NCBI RefSeq assembly: GCF_001194135.2
Contig: NC_069006.1
Coordinates: 23,142,764-23,205,591 of the forward strand
Length of the DNA: 62,828 nt
Source: Octopus bimaculoides
Taxonomy: Eukaryota
Direction of reading: 5' to 3'
Under the pieces are notes generated by a model. The model did not search any database. It saw nothing but the letters and a program-made list of their open reading frames with translations, and was not told the origin of the DNA. Position numbers and translations under genes: made by a program. This document shows, piece after piece, positions 22,401 through 33,184 of this stretch (the stretch's first letter is position 1; each line of letters starts with the position of its first letter).

Positions 22401-25400
22401 ATTAAAACAAACTGAAGTCAGAGAAAGACAAGCATCATCATCATCATCATCATTGCAAAGAGCACCTGTGCCAGTACCACATGAAGAGCATCCGTGCCAT
22501 GCCACATGATAGAGGAACTGTGCCAAAGCCATGTTAAAATGCATCCATGCAAGCGCCACATAAAAACACCCAGTACACTCTGTAAAGAGGTTGGCTTTAG
22601 GAAGGGCATCATGCCAAAATAGATGACTGGGGCTTGGTGTAGCCCTCTGGTTTGCCAGCTCCTGACCTGGGGCTAAACAACAACATAAGAAATGTAAGTA
22701 AATAAATGACATCTCACACCTTCTGGGTAAAAACAAGTAAACAAGAGAAGCCCTTTACCTCTAGTTGCTCCAGTATGACTGGATTGCGGTCCTGATTGTC
22801 GGAGAGGTTCCGTTGCAAGCGCTCAATTTGAGCGTTCAGTGTTTGGTTAACATGCTGCACATTCTGAAGACTAGACTGCACCTGAGACAGCTCTTCCTTC
22901 TTTCGCTGCAGTTCATCTGCAGTTGCATCACATTGCAATGCTTTCTGCTCAAAGCTCCCCTGTAATTGCTCCTGTTCAGTTGCCAGAGCTTTCTGTTGCC
23001 GCTTCAAGTTTTTGTTTTCTTTAATTTTCACACCAATCTGCAATGAAGAAACAGATATGTTTCAATAGATACATCCATGTAGATACATCGTGTCGTTTTT
23101 CATGTTTTTTTCGTAATGTAAAAGCTGTAAAATACATCCAAATATCTTTTACAGAGTGCAAACATTTAACCTAGAATTGACATATGTAGAGTTGATAGAT
23201 ATATTTATTATACCATACAGACACTGCAACAATCAGGCAAATTGATATCAAAAAGGATAAGAATCTGGGAAACTATAAGAAAAATTTAATCCAATAGTAG
23301 GTTTTTGATTCCAAGAAAGACCATTCTTGCTAAGCCTGCACATATGATTTGTTTCTAGTGATCACCACCCCCTCCATCAAATCAACATGGCCTATACAGG
23401 TGCATGGTGTGCCACACATCAGGTGTCAAAGCGATTGTAGAGCATCATCATCATCATCATCAATGAAATTAAGTGATGAACCACTCAGTCCAGCATTTGA
23501 GCTCACAAACTCGCATAACACCCTAACCACTAGGCTATGTGCCCTCATAATAAAAACAACAGAAAAAAAACCAAAAGACCGACCTGTTTCCTGAGCTCTC
23601 TCTGGTTACTCTTTTCATGAGCCAGCATCTGTTCAAGTTCCTGTAACCTGTTGCTGAAATCAGAATCGTTACAATCTTGGTTCTTCAGCGTTTCGCTGAA
23701 CTGGGTCTGTAGTTCGACCAGTGACGACTCACGACGAGCCAGAGCTTCTTCTAACTCAGCCACATGGTTCTTCAGAGTTGTATTGCTTTGTTGTAAACCT
23801 TCAGAGGTAAAAAAAAAATATATATATATATATATANNNNNNNNNNNNNNNNNNNNNNNNNNNNNNNNNNNNNNNNNNNNNNNNNNNNNNNNNNNNNNNN
23901 NNNNNNNNNNNNNNNNNNNNNNNNNNNNNNNNNNNNNNNNNNNNNNNNNNNNNNNNNNNNNNNNNNNNNNNNNNNNNNNNNNNNNNNNNNNNNNNNNNNN
24001 NNNNNNNNNNNNNNNNNNNNNNNNNNNNNNNNNNNNNNNNNNNNNNNNNNNNNNNNNNNNNNNNNNNNNNNNNNNNNNNNNNNNNNNNNNNNNNNNNNNN
24101 NNNNNNNNNNNNNNNNNNNNNNNNNNNNNNNNNNNNNNNNNNNNNNNNNNNNNNNNNNNNNNNNNNNNNNNNNNNNNNNNNNNNNNNNNNNNNNNNNNNN
24201 NNNNNNNNNNNNNNNNNNNNNNNNNNNNNNNNNNNNNNNNNNNATGATAATAATAATAATAATGATAATAATGATAATAATGATAATAATAATAATAATG
24301 ATAATAATGATAATAATGATAATAATGATAATAATAATAATGATAATCCTTTCTAATATAGGAACAAGGCCTAAGATTCTTTTGAAGGGTGCTAATCAAT
24401 TACACAGGCCTTAATTGGTACTTGTTTTATCAACCCCAAAAGGATGAAAGACAAAGTCGACCTCGGTGGAATTTGAACTCAGAAATAAGGAGAAAAAAAT
24501 AATAATATTATCACAATAATTGGTCTTCATCTTCAAAGTTAGAAATACTTTGGCTCCCTACCCCAGCCCAACATCTACTAACCCCCTACAAAGCTGAGGT
24601 GCAACCCTCATTGGAACATTGCTCCCACATCTGAGATTGGGCTGCTATTGTCTCTGATTGCGATAAAGCCACTCACCAACACACTCCATACAGTCTTTTA
24701 TGAAAAGTGGGTCACATGAGACATTGCCCATTCTCAAGTGGCCAGTGATGTAGAACAACATCTGACAGTCTGGTTGATCATGGGATAACTAAAACTAGTT
24801 ATAAAAGTACAGAAATTTTAGGGAAAAGTTCCACCCCAGGGCTCCTGACCTGTAAGGCGACCTCGTTCTTTTTCAAGTTCCAGCTGGAATTGGTAATCTT
24901 TGGAACTGGCTTCCCGCTCCACTTCTTCTTTCTCGTTGACCAATTGCTGTAGCTGCTCTCCCATGACCACAACCTGTGCTACATATTGGTCAATCTGTTG
25001 TTTGGTTGCTATTTCCAGTTCTGTTAATTGACTTTCAGCTTGATGTTTCTGGCTGGTTACCAATTCTAATTCTCCAGCAAGAGTCTGAAATTGAGAAGTC
25101 TTATGTTAGAACAAATTCATTTATTTATATATATATATAGCAGTCTGTTAAAGTCTGTCATACCGGCCATGACGAAGGGAAATAGCCCTGAAACTCGAGT
25201 CGCCTTTATATATTTATATATTTGATCCTTTATATTGAACACTCAATATTTCATCTACATTCAATACTTTCTTTCACGGTGCCATCCATTTTTATTTTAT
25301 TTTATATTATATATTGTATATTATATTATATATTGTATATTCCATATTCTATATCGCACATTGGTTCTGCAGGAATATAAATAAAACATAAAAAATAGAC

Positions 25401-25490
25401 AGTGTTGGAACTCTTTTAAACAAAATAATATATTCCTCTATACACAATCATACAAAAAAACCCACCTTTTTTGTATTTATTTTTACTCGC

Positions 25491-25524
<34 letters not shown>

Positions 25525-28500
25525 TGTAGATAAGGTTTTCTTTAAGCAAAGGCTAAGAGTGAGGTAATTCTGAAAGAAACCCCACATAAGATATGACCCT
25601 CTAACAGTGACTCACAGGACCCACTGGCAGTTGGAAGTTCTCCAATGTCCAGCAATGAGACCCCTTTAATAAGTTAAATGATAAACTTCAATGGTTGGAC
25701 ATTGTACCAATAACCCTACACTGTAAAAGACAGACAGAATAGATTTTTTAAAAATCACAGAAGTATGAAATAGTCGTTATCTTACCTGTAACTCTACCTT
25801 CATGTGATCTTGTTGCTCCAACATACCAAATTCAAACTTCCGTTTAAGCATATCATGTTCGTTCTGAAGTGCTTCTTTGCTGGAAACCATCTCGCGGAGT
25901 TTACTACTGAGAAGTTCAGTGTTGCTGTCATAAGCCTTTTGTCTTTCCATCAATTCATCTTTCACAGCATTTAAATCAGTACTAAGTCTTGCTGACCGAG
26001 CTTTCTGTTTGGTCAAGTTGTTTTGCCATTTCTTTTCAATAGATTTCATCTCTGCTTTCAGGGTTTTGTTCTCAGTCTCAAGCTGTAGAAGTTTCTCAGA
26101 ATTTTCTAGATTTTGCTCTTCACTTGATGGTCTCTCTTTCTCCTTTTCTAATTCAACATTTACAAGATCAAGATTCTTCTGGACATTTTCTAGAAGGTTC
26201 TGTACGGCTTCCTTCTCATGAACTTCATGTAAATACCGGTCATTCAATTCTGTAAACTGCCCTCGAAGATCATTTAAGTCCTTGGTAAGAGCTTCATTCT
26301 TCTTCTCAATCTTCTGAGAATGTTCAACCAGATTCTCTTTGTCTTCCTGAAGTTCTTTCTCAGGCAAATTAGACAGTGTTTTCTGAGATTCTTCCAATTC
26401 CAACTTGATCCTATCTCTGTCCACTTTCACTTGTTCAAGTTCGGCAACACGATTATTCAGCTCCTGCTTCATTTGCCAAAAGCTTTTCTCTACTTTACTC
26501 AAGTCACCACGAAGTGTTTCCAAGGAAGAATCAAAAATTTTCTTTTCTTCAGAAGCTGCTACCAAAGATATTTCCACTGCAGCCTTCTCTTCTTTCAACT
26601 TCAACACTTCCTGGTTCTTCCGACTGACTTCTGTTTGGAAAGCACTCAAAGAAGATTCAACATCAATGAGTTTCTGCTGTAATTCCTCACTGATTTTATC
26701 CTGGTGAAACGAAAAAGAGATAAAAAAAAAAAATAATAATAATAAACTGGTAATTATAATGATTACTGTCAAAGAAAATTATGTTTGAAAATGTATGATG
26801 TGTCACTTCATATATGTATACGTATTACTCTGTGTATGTGAGTATGATTCAGTGTGTGTGTGAGTATGTGCACTCAGTTCTGTTTCTATGTATGTCCAGA
26901 TGTGCAGACATGGGTATATGTAAATTTAGTAGTCAGGTATCCTACTTCTGGATAAATATCTCGTGACTTACTGGATTCAAATTAGGAATCATTACTGCTA
27001 GACTACAATTTTACAACAGAAAAATACGCTCCCAAATTAGACAACAAATTTTTTTTTAAACTAATTCATGCATTTATTTGAATTTGTAAAACTTTCCAAC
27101 CCATATGGATAGGAGATAATGAAATTTTTAAAAAGTCATAATTAAAAGAAAAAAAGAGCAAATTAAAAAGAAATCTAAGTATCCTACCTTTTCAGTGAGT
27201 TTTCCTTCAGTAACCATCAGATTTTTCATCAGACTTGCCTGCTCAGTTTCTAAAGAAAATATTTGAATCTGCTTTTTCTTCACGTTGTTTTGTGATTTCT
27301 CAAGTTGAGCCTCTAGGTCAACTGTTGTCTGCAACAAGGTGGCTATCTTTGACTTCTCTTCCTCGACACTCAAAATTTTCGAATCAAATGTCTCTTCAAT
27401 GAGATGCCTCTCTCTCTGGATCTCCTGGAAAGCTGTTTCTCTCTCCAACATGTCTGCCTGAATGTTTTCCAGTTGTCGAGCGAGTGTCTCTTTCTCTAAC
27501 ACTGCCTTCTGCCGCGTCTCAGACAACAACTGGTGCAGGCGTGCAGTATCTGCTTTCAAGCGTTCGCTGATTATTCCCTGAGATGAGACTTGTGCATGCA
27601 GTGCAGTTAACTCCTTTTGCAGTTCTGAACGAACCTTGTTGGCCATCTGGAGTTGTTCGTGGTACCACTGCTTTGTGCTGGTAATGGCTGACAGGTCACT
27701 TTTTGCATTCCGTGCATAAGTGTCAGACAGCATCTTTTTCTGAAGTGCAGTCTGCACCTCAACATAAAGTTCAGCAACTTTATTTTTTAAAGCTTGAATG
27801 GTCACGTCACGGGCATTAAGACTGTCCGACAATTCTCGTACATTTATGTTTTGCTTGTCCTGAAGCTCCTGGGTCAGCTTCAATTCCTCTTCATGATGTT
27901 TAGCAGCATCAATCTTTTCTTCGAGCAGTTTCTGAGTATCCTCTAGACATTGTTCCAAGTAGACACGGTTCTCTTTCAAGCTCTTGATGTCGGCTTTCAG
28001 TGCATTCTGTTTCACGTCAGACTCCGAATTATTGAACAATTGCAGTTTCTGATCCAGAGAGGCAACTTGAGCCTGTAACTCCGCACGTTCTTGTAATGCA
28101 ATTTCTGCCTCTGCACTCAACACTTCCAACTGACCCTCCAGTTTTGCCTTCTCCTTCAGAACAGTATTTAGGTTCGTTTCTTCCGGTTTCCCTGTTGCTG
28201 GAGAAGATACCTCGACATAGGCCTGAAGAGAGAGAGAGAGAAAGAAAAGGATGGAGAAAGAACAACCAAAATGAGACTAAATACGTTTATATATAATATA
28301 TCTTGGCTGACACAAAGCTACGCTGATACAGAGAAAAGGTACATCAAATCTGTCTAAAATAATTCTTATATATATATNNNNNNNNNNGGATTTGTGTCAA
28401 CATAGTGCAATAGAGTGTTCCCCCTGAAGAATTGTAGTGGATCTGCATCCAATCACACTATGAACACCTGAACACCCAATGCAGAGGATGCAAAAAGCCA

Positions 28501-31500
28501 TAATGTGAAACATGCATAGGATAAAACATGAATGGATAAAAAAACAGAAAAAGTGATTCTACCTTGGATTTTCTCTCTGTAAATGGTTTCATTGCATTCT
28601 TAAAAAGAGGTCCAGGGTCAGGAAGAACGATTTTAGGTTTTGTGGTAGTCGATAATTTAGATGGTAAAGAACTGACATCTTTCTCGGGTAACTCCACACT
28701 GCCAGGGACGGAACCAAGACGATCGGAAATGTCAGTATTTTGGAAAGGATACTTTTGGTCATGGCTAGCACCGGTCACCGAATCCAGCAGAGGAGAAAAC
28801 CTTGCAGTGTCTCTGCCAGAGTCACTTGGTGTGAAAGAACGTTCTCTCACTGGTGGAGAGTGTCGTCCATTTTGGAATCTTTTGAGGAAACTTTCCAGCT
28901 CAATAGCTTTGACAGGTGGCAGTGACTTGAGAAAATCTTCGGCTGTGCTGTCGTCTTCATAATTGTAATCCTCATCACAATCAGAGAACTGGGCTGAGGA
29001 GCTTTTTACAGAGGCAACTTCATCAGTTTTGTCTCCTTCACTTAGACCATTCTCTTGACTGGGTTCTCTGGAGATTTGTTCCATAGACGATGAGACAACT
29101 GAAGATGTTGTTGATGCGGAAGGAGACAAACCATCATTTTCTTCTGTAAAATCTTTGGAAGCAGATTTGTTCTTAGGTTTTCCCTTTTTCTTCGATTTTG
29201 GTTTTACCTGTTCCCTGTCCCTGGGGGATGTTTCGGAGTCAGACATAAATTTTGGTCCTGAATTGAACCAAGATGTTTTCTCTGTTGTTAAAGTGATATT
29301 TGTTGCAGGAATTATAATTTTGCCTTTGGTTGATGGAATAACTTTGGCCAAATCTTTGTCAGTCTTTGAAACGTCTGTTGGCAATATTTCAGTGCTTTCT
29401 CCTGAAGACATCAACGAATGAGAATCATTAGAGTATAAAGAATCCAAACGTGGTGTTCTCTCAAAAGACATTTTCAGACTTTGGCTATCACTGTTGAGAC
29501 CAGGAATAAGATTCTGAAATTAAAGAATTTAAAAATTAACAACTTTGAATTCCTCACACAAATGGATTTAGTTTAAATATTTGTGTCTTAATTGGTTCCA
29601 ACAGTTCCTACTGCCAAAAGATTTTAGTAATGGTTCTTTTAGTGGCCACCATACTGAACTAGTTTACTGCTTACACCACACTCCCACCGTCAACACCATA
29701 GACACACACTCTCTCTCTCTCTCTCTCTCGCTCAGATTTGGTTGGCTTGGAGCTATAATAGAAAGTAACCTATCTAAAGTGCCACACAGTAGGATTAAAC
29801 CCAAAACCATGGGGTTGAGAAGCAAACTTCTTAAACACACAGCTACAAGTGTATCTATAAAACAAAATGTAAAAATATACCTGAGGTATGTCAGAGGATG
29901 TTTCTGAATTTGTCTTTGAGGAGAAACTTTCACTCAAGGGTGCTGGCTGTATATTGTTGGCCTTCAACCTCTTCTCTGCTTCAGCCACAATCTGAGCAAC
30001 TACTTCAGGAGAAGCAGGGGTCACATTCTTATCACCTGAAAGTGAAAGAGGACAACAGATAAGTTCAATAAAAATACTGTTAGAAAGTTGATAGTGACAA
30101 TAGAATCTTGGTCTAAATGACTAACAGTATTTGAATGAATAAAAGATTGCTTGTTTGCAAGCAATGTGATATTTCCCCCTCCATCTTTAGTCTGATCAAT
30201 GTTTTCATGAAATACTGCAAACAACCAACCAGTGAGAGAGGCTGACATGAAACACTTACCAATAACTGACCACTGCAAGTGGAGTGCTTCTGCAACAGTC
30301 TCAAAAGCATTGCTGTTTTCAAACGGAGTTGTATTGGTCGTTCGTTGTGCAGTGGTGGTCGCTGGCTGTGGTACATGTGCCAGTGTTGAAGGAGACACTT
30401 CCGTTGTAGCCATCTTCCTTTTTGGGATTGTAAACTTTGGTCTGTTGTCACGGCTACGTAGTTGAGAATTCACAGTTTTGGTGATGGCTGATACCTACAA
30501 CAACAACAACAACAACAACAAAAATGAGGAGGAGGGGCAGTACCCATCACAAATGCAAAAGCTTTCAAGACAGATGAGATTTATGAACATATTAATTATT
30601 AAGGTCTTGTGTTTCATCCCAGGTAAGCCCTGAATAAATGGATCTATGATTAAGGTCATTCCAACGAGGACCACTCCATCATACTTTTCAAAATTGTTCT
30701 TTTCTAAGATGATTAAATACTGACGGAGGGACAATAGGTGGACAATCAAGGTGACAGAATGGACACCAAGACAAAGGATAAGATCAAGATGTCAACCAAA
30801 GACAAAATGGCAAAATGATTGTACCCACTACCTGGGGGCATACATGGCCATGACTACTACCTTCACCACTGGACTCTCTATCTGTCAGTCTATATCTATC
30901 AATCTGTATAAGTATCAGACTAATATAAGTACTGGGGTTGATATAACTCATTAAATACTTTTGAAGGTGGTGTCCCAGCATGGCCATAGTTCATGACTCA
31001 AACCAGTAAAAGAACAAAATGAAATAGACAACAAACAAACAAAAAAAGAAAGCGGGAGATGGGGGTTCACCTTGATAAGGGTAGATATGTCATCAGCAGT
31101 TGTGGTAGGATCGTTGATGGAGGAAGGCTTGTCTGATTCAAGTTCACTGAAGTTGATAAAGGGATTCACGAGATGATCGTTCCCCTGTGGGCTTAACCTT
31201 TTCTCAGACCAAACATAGTGAACTCGAGTATCACAAGGGTTACCTTCGCTGCTCTGACATAGCCTCTGCTCAACTGGGTTCCTCTTCACAGTCTCTGCAA
31301 ATAGAGAGCATCATCACCATTATTATTATTATTATGAAGGAACTGTAATAAATGAATGACTGGCGAGATGGAGGAGAAAAGAAAGTTGGAAGAAGAAGAA
31401 GGGGAGGAGGAGAAGGGGAGGGGGAGGAGGAGAAGAAAGGATAGGATGAAAGAAAAAATAAAGAACAAGAGAAGAAGAAAAAAAGAAGGAAGAAAAGGAG

Positions 31501-31759
31501 GAGGCAGAAGAAATAATAAGTGGAAGTGGGAGAAAGAAGTTGATGAAGAGAGAAGCAGAATTTACTGACCAGGAATTCCATAAGACTGTAGAACGGCAGA
31601 AGAAGAAGGAGAAGAAGTGAAATCATTGACAAAATCTAAGTCGTAGTGGATCACATTATTGAAGGAATCAAAATTCTGTTGAACTTGCTCAACATCAGGG
31701 GGAAGCTGGAGTTCGTGCTCGAAGTTGATCTGTTCAAATGTGAAATTAAAAGGCTCCAT
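19286..31759 (-). CDS. GOLGA3: Golgin subfamily A member 3 (golgin-160), 15 coding exons, about 1723 aa: a Ser/Thr-rich head plus a long coiled coil
   Basis: Exons (minus): 31759-31570, 31294-31071, 30494-30260, 30035-29881, 29513-28563, 28222-27188, 26700-25786, 25084-24850, 23798-23584, 23037-22759, 22383-22267, 21276-21151, 21012-20747, 20185-20072, 19400-19286. All introns are GT-AG with consistent phases, totalling 5172 nt. Collinear matches to recalled human GOLGA3 motifs: LKEKAKLEGQLEVLS (EKMRLEGQLEALS), KQWYHEQL (KEWYQQQL), QLENIQADMLERETAFQEIQ (QLQGIEADMLDQEAAFMQIQ), LELEKERGRLTGLQQSN (LELEHEKGKLTGLGQSN), QAKVSEL (identical), KPLDDLQSCLSSL (EPLKNLNSCLQQL). The start Met is the least certain part. 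Confidence 0.92.
19524..19690 (+). mobile_element. Mariner-type TIR end fragment in the last GOLGA3 intron
   Basis: TA|TTGGGTTGTCCCATAAATAATGCGG resembles the TIR at 61827. No partner end was found. Confidence 0.5.
20072..20185 (-). CDS. GOLGA3: GOLGA3 coding exon 14 (not in ORF track)
   Basis: CTCTTACAG acceptor and AG/GTTAGT donor. Encodes KPLDDLQSCLSSLRAQISGLEKQIDDHSAAIQNSGETW. Confidence 0.88.
20330..20632 (+). mobile_element. CORE-like SINE in GOLGA3 intron
   Basis: B box GTTCGATTCC followed by TGTGTTCTTGAGCAAGACACTTTATTTCACGTTG, also seen at 54850 and 58200 (-). Confidence 0.7.
20747..21012 (-). CDS. GOLGA3: GOLGA3 coding exon 13 (not in ORF track)
   Basis: GCAACCAG acceptor and AA/GTAAGT donor (phase 2). 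Encodes ISKKVSS...EPFDIEALEQLLQDTTVQALES. Confidence 0.87.
21151..21276 (-). CDS. GOLGA3: GOLGA3 coding exon 12 (not in ORF track)
   Basis: ATTCTTAG acceptor and AAG/GTCAGA donor. Encodes NNQQELEALRGEL...QAKVSELRSALK. Confidence 0.88.
21350..21780. repeat. Degenerate minisatellite of about 45-60 bp in the GOLGA3 intron between coding exons 11 and 12
   Basis: Recurring (A/G)TGA(T/C)CC(T)TTT(C/T)AGGG(T/C)CTCAGTGA followed by a purine-rich run. Confidence 0.65.
22267..22383 (-). CDS. GOLGA3: GOLGA3 coding exon 11 (not in ORF track)
   Basis: ATTTGCAG acceptor and CAG/GTATTC donor. Encodes SLQWKLQQKNSEIESVRHQLTLSEERHDLEQENLKKTLQ (cf. recalled human NLKWEVDQKEREIQSLKQQLDLTE). Confidence 0.88.
22759..23037 (-). 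CDS. GOLGA3: GOLGA3 coding exon 10
   Basis: CATTGCAG acceptor and GAG/GTAAAG donor. 93 codons. Confidence 0.9.
23584..23798 (-). CDS. GOLGA3: GOLGA3 coding exon 9
   Basis: CTCTGAAG acceptor and CAG/GTCGGT donor. Encodes GLQQSNTTLKNHVAELEEALARRESSLVEL. Confidence 0.9.
24340..24485 (-). mobile_element. SINE family A fragment with an (ATA/ATG)n tail
   Basis: CCCCAAAAGGATGAAAGACAAAGTCGACCTCGGTGGAATTTGAACTCAGAA is the reverse complement of the family A core. Confidence 0.75.
24850..25084 (-). CDS. GOLGA3: GOLGA3 coding exon 8
   Basis: AATTTCAG acceptor and G/GTCAGG donor. Encodes TLAGELELV...LELEKERGRLT. Confidence 0.9.
25165..25204 (+). ncRNA. Degenerate type-I minimal hammerhead ribozyme motif (Penelope-like)
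   Basis: GGC-C(A)TGACGA-AGGG[AAATAG]CCCT-GAA-AC[TCGA]GT-C-GCC: stems I, II and III all pair, and the core has a 1-nt insertion. Confidence 0.6.
25786..26700 (-). CDS. GOLGA3: GOLGA3 coding exon 7
   Basis: TTTCACCAG acceptor and CAG/GTAAGA donor. 305 codons of heptad-rich sequence. Confidence 0.92.
27188..28222 (-). CDS. GOLGA3: GOLGA3 coding exon 6 (start of coiled coil)
   Basis: (TC)n-TTCAG acceptor and AAG/GTAGGA donor. 345 codons, including the EKAKLEGQLEVLS and KQWYHEQL motifs. Confidence 0.93.
28563..29513 (-). CDS. GOLGA3: GOLGA3 coding exon 5 (Ser-rich head)
   Basis: AATTTCAG acceptor and AAG/GTAGAA donor. 317 open codons. Confidence 0.88.
29881..30035 (-). CDS. GOLGA3: GOLGA3 coding exon 4
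   Basis: CACTTTCAG acceptor and CAG/GTATAT donor. Encodes DKNVTPASPEVVAQIVAEAEKRLK...DIPQ. Confidence 0.85.
30260..30494 (-). CDS. GOLGA3: GOLGA3 coding exon 3
   Basis: (TTG)n-TAG acceptor and G/GTAAGT donor, phase 0 to 1. Encodes VSAITKTVNSQ...LQWSVI. Confidence 0.82.
31071..31294 (-). CDS. GOLGA3: GOLGA3 coding exon 2
   Basis: TATTTGCAG acceptor and AAG/GTGAAC donor, phase 1 to 0. Encodes ETVKRNPVEQ...ISTLIK. Confidence 0.8.
31570..31759 (-). CDS. GOLGA3: GOLGA3 coding exon 1 (exon begins at 31792; putative start MEPFNFTFEQ)
   Basis: Acceptor CATTTCAG at 31793, first in-frame ATG at 31759, donor G/GTCAGT (phase 1). Confidence 0.7.
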
Positions 31760-32039
31760 ACAGACCCAGACATTACTCCCCCTGGCACCAGCCTGAAATG
31801 GTAAACAAAAGAGAAAAACAAGGAAATAAGTGGGTGAAAAATAAGCAAACAAAAAGGCGGTCGGCTGACAGTTGAAGCTTATAAGTGGAGTTGAACAACC
31901 TAAATAGCAGACATGTGGATACAAGTCCCTGCACACACACACGTAAGTGAGAGAATAGATAGAAATATATACTTCGACCCTCCCAAGATCATACGTATAG
32001 ATATATAGATATATAGATATGTATATGAATAGACATAGC

Positions 32040-32322
32040 TGCTTAGTAAGAAGTTTGTTTCTTTACCACAAGGTTCCAGGTTCGTTCTCACTGTATGCCA
32101 CTTTGGGCAAGTGTTTTCTGTTACAGCCCCAGGTCAACCAAAGTTTTGTGAGTGGATTTGGTAGATGGAAACTGAAAGAAGCCATCATGTGTATATGTAT
32201 ATGTGTGCATGTGTGTGTGTATATATATCATCATCATCATCATCATCATCGTTTAACATCCGCTTTCCATGCTAGCATGGGTTGGACGATTTGACTGAGG
32301 ACTGACTGGTGAACCAGATGGC
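32040..32322. mobile_element. Tail-to-tail SINE pair: CORE-like family D (+, 32040-32220) and a (GAT)n-tailed retroposon end (-, 32228-32322)
   Basis: ACTTTGGGCAAGTGTTTTCT...GTGAGTGGATTTGGTAGATGGAAACTGAAAGAAGCC is also present at 33535-33625 (-), 56170-56285 and 62060-62185. Confidence 0.7.
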
Positions 32323-32811
32323 AAGATTGGTGAATTTCTCTGTTGCTATTGTGAGTGAGTGTTTGAGAAATAGATAGAGAGAGAGAGAGAGAAGAACAGT
32401 TGACACTTAATCCAACTCCAATCTTAAGTTCAATCAAGAAAAAGAAACAAGTGTGAATAAGGCCTTACCTTGCTGACATCTGAGTAAATAAGTCAGTTTA
32501 GTCAGTGCGGCAGGTAAATTAAGTAGGTTTGGTGTTGTCAGTGTACAGAAGAAAGTCAGCGAACTATTTATGTCTGACTGGCTACTCTAAATAACTGGTG
32601 GCAACTAACAAGGCAAGAGGAAGGGATGTGTGTGTGTGTGTGTGTGTTTTAATCTAACCGAAATATTTTGATATGATTTATTATTAACCCAGTCATTACT
32701 TAACACAGACAGGAATGTCCAAGCTAGAAATAGCCAGGTGTCAAGAAAACAACAACAGTGAGAGAGAAGGACACAAAAAAAACAATAAATAACACAAAGG
32801 AAAATAAAAAA

Positions 32812-33184
32812 GTATTGTATTTCGGGATCATCATTTTTTTCTTTTGTTTTTTGCCAAATAAATACACACACAATATATTCATTCTTCTCTCGTTTATTAC
32901 TGTCCTTATTTTAACTCGAGTCCATTGTCCGAAAATCTTTTGTCACACATCTGTGACCTCTTCAGCAACACTTTCCATCCTAATGTGTGCTCCTGCTCTG
33001 CTTAGTCCATTCTGTTCTTCTAGAAGACTGAAAGTGTCATTGAAGAGATCACAGACATGTGACGAAAGATTTCCAGATATGAATTAAAATAAGAACAGTA
33101 TTAAACGAGTGAAGAATGAATATATAATGCATGTATTTATTTGGTAAAAAAGAAAAAAAACGACCATCCTGAAATGCAACAGCA
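32812..33184. repeat. Long imperfect inverted repeat (arms about 32812-32975 and 33030-33184, 54-nt loop)
   Basis: Manual alignment of the left arm with the reverse complement of the right arm gives roughly 75-80% identity with two short indels. Confidence 0.85.

Noticed and set aside
26009-30465. Plus-strand ORFs overlapping GOLGA3 exons
   Set aside because: They are antisense shadows of coiled-coil and Ser-rich coding sequence.
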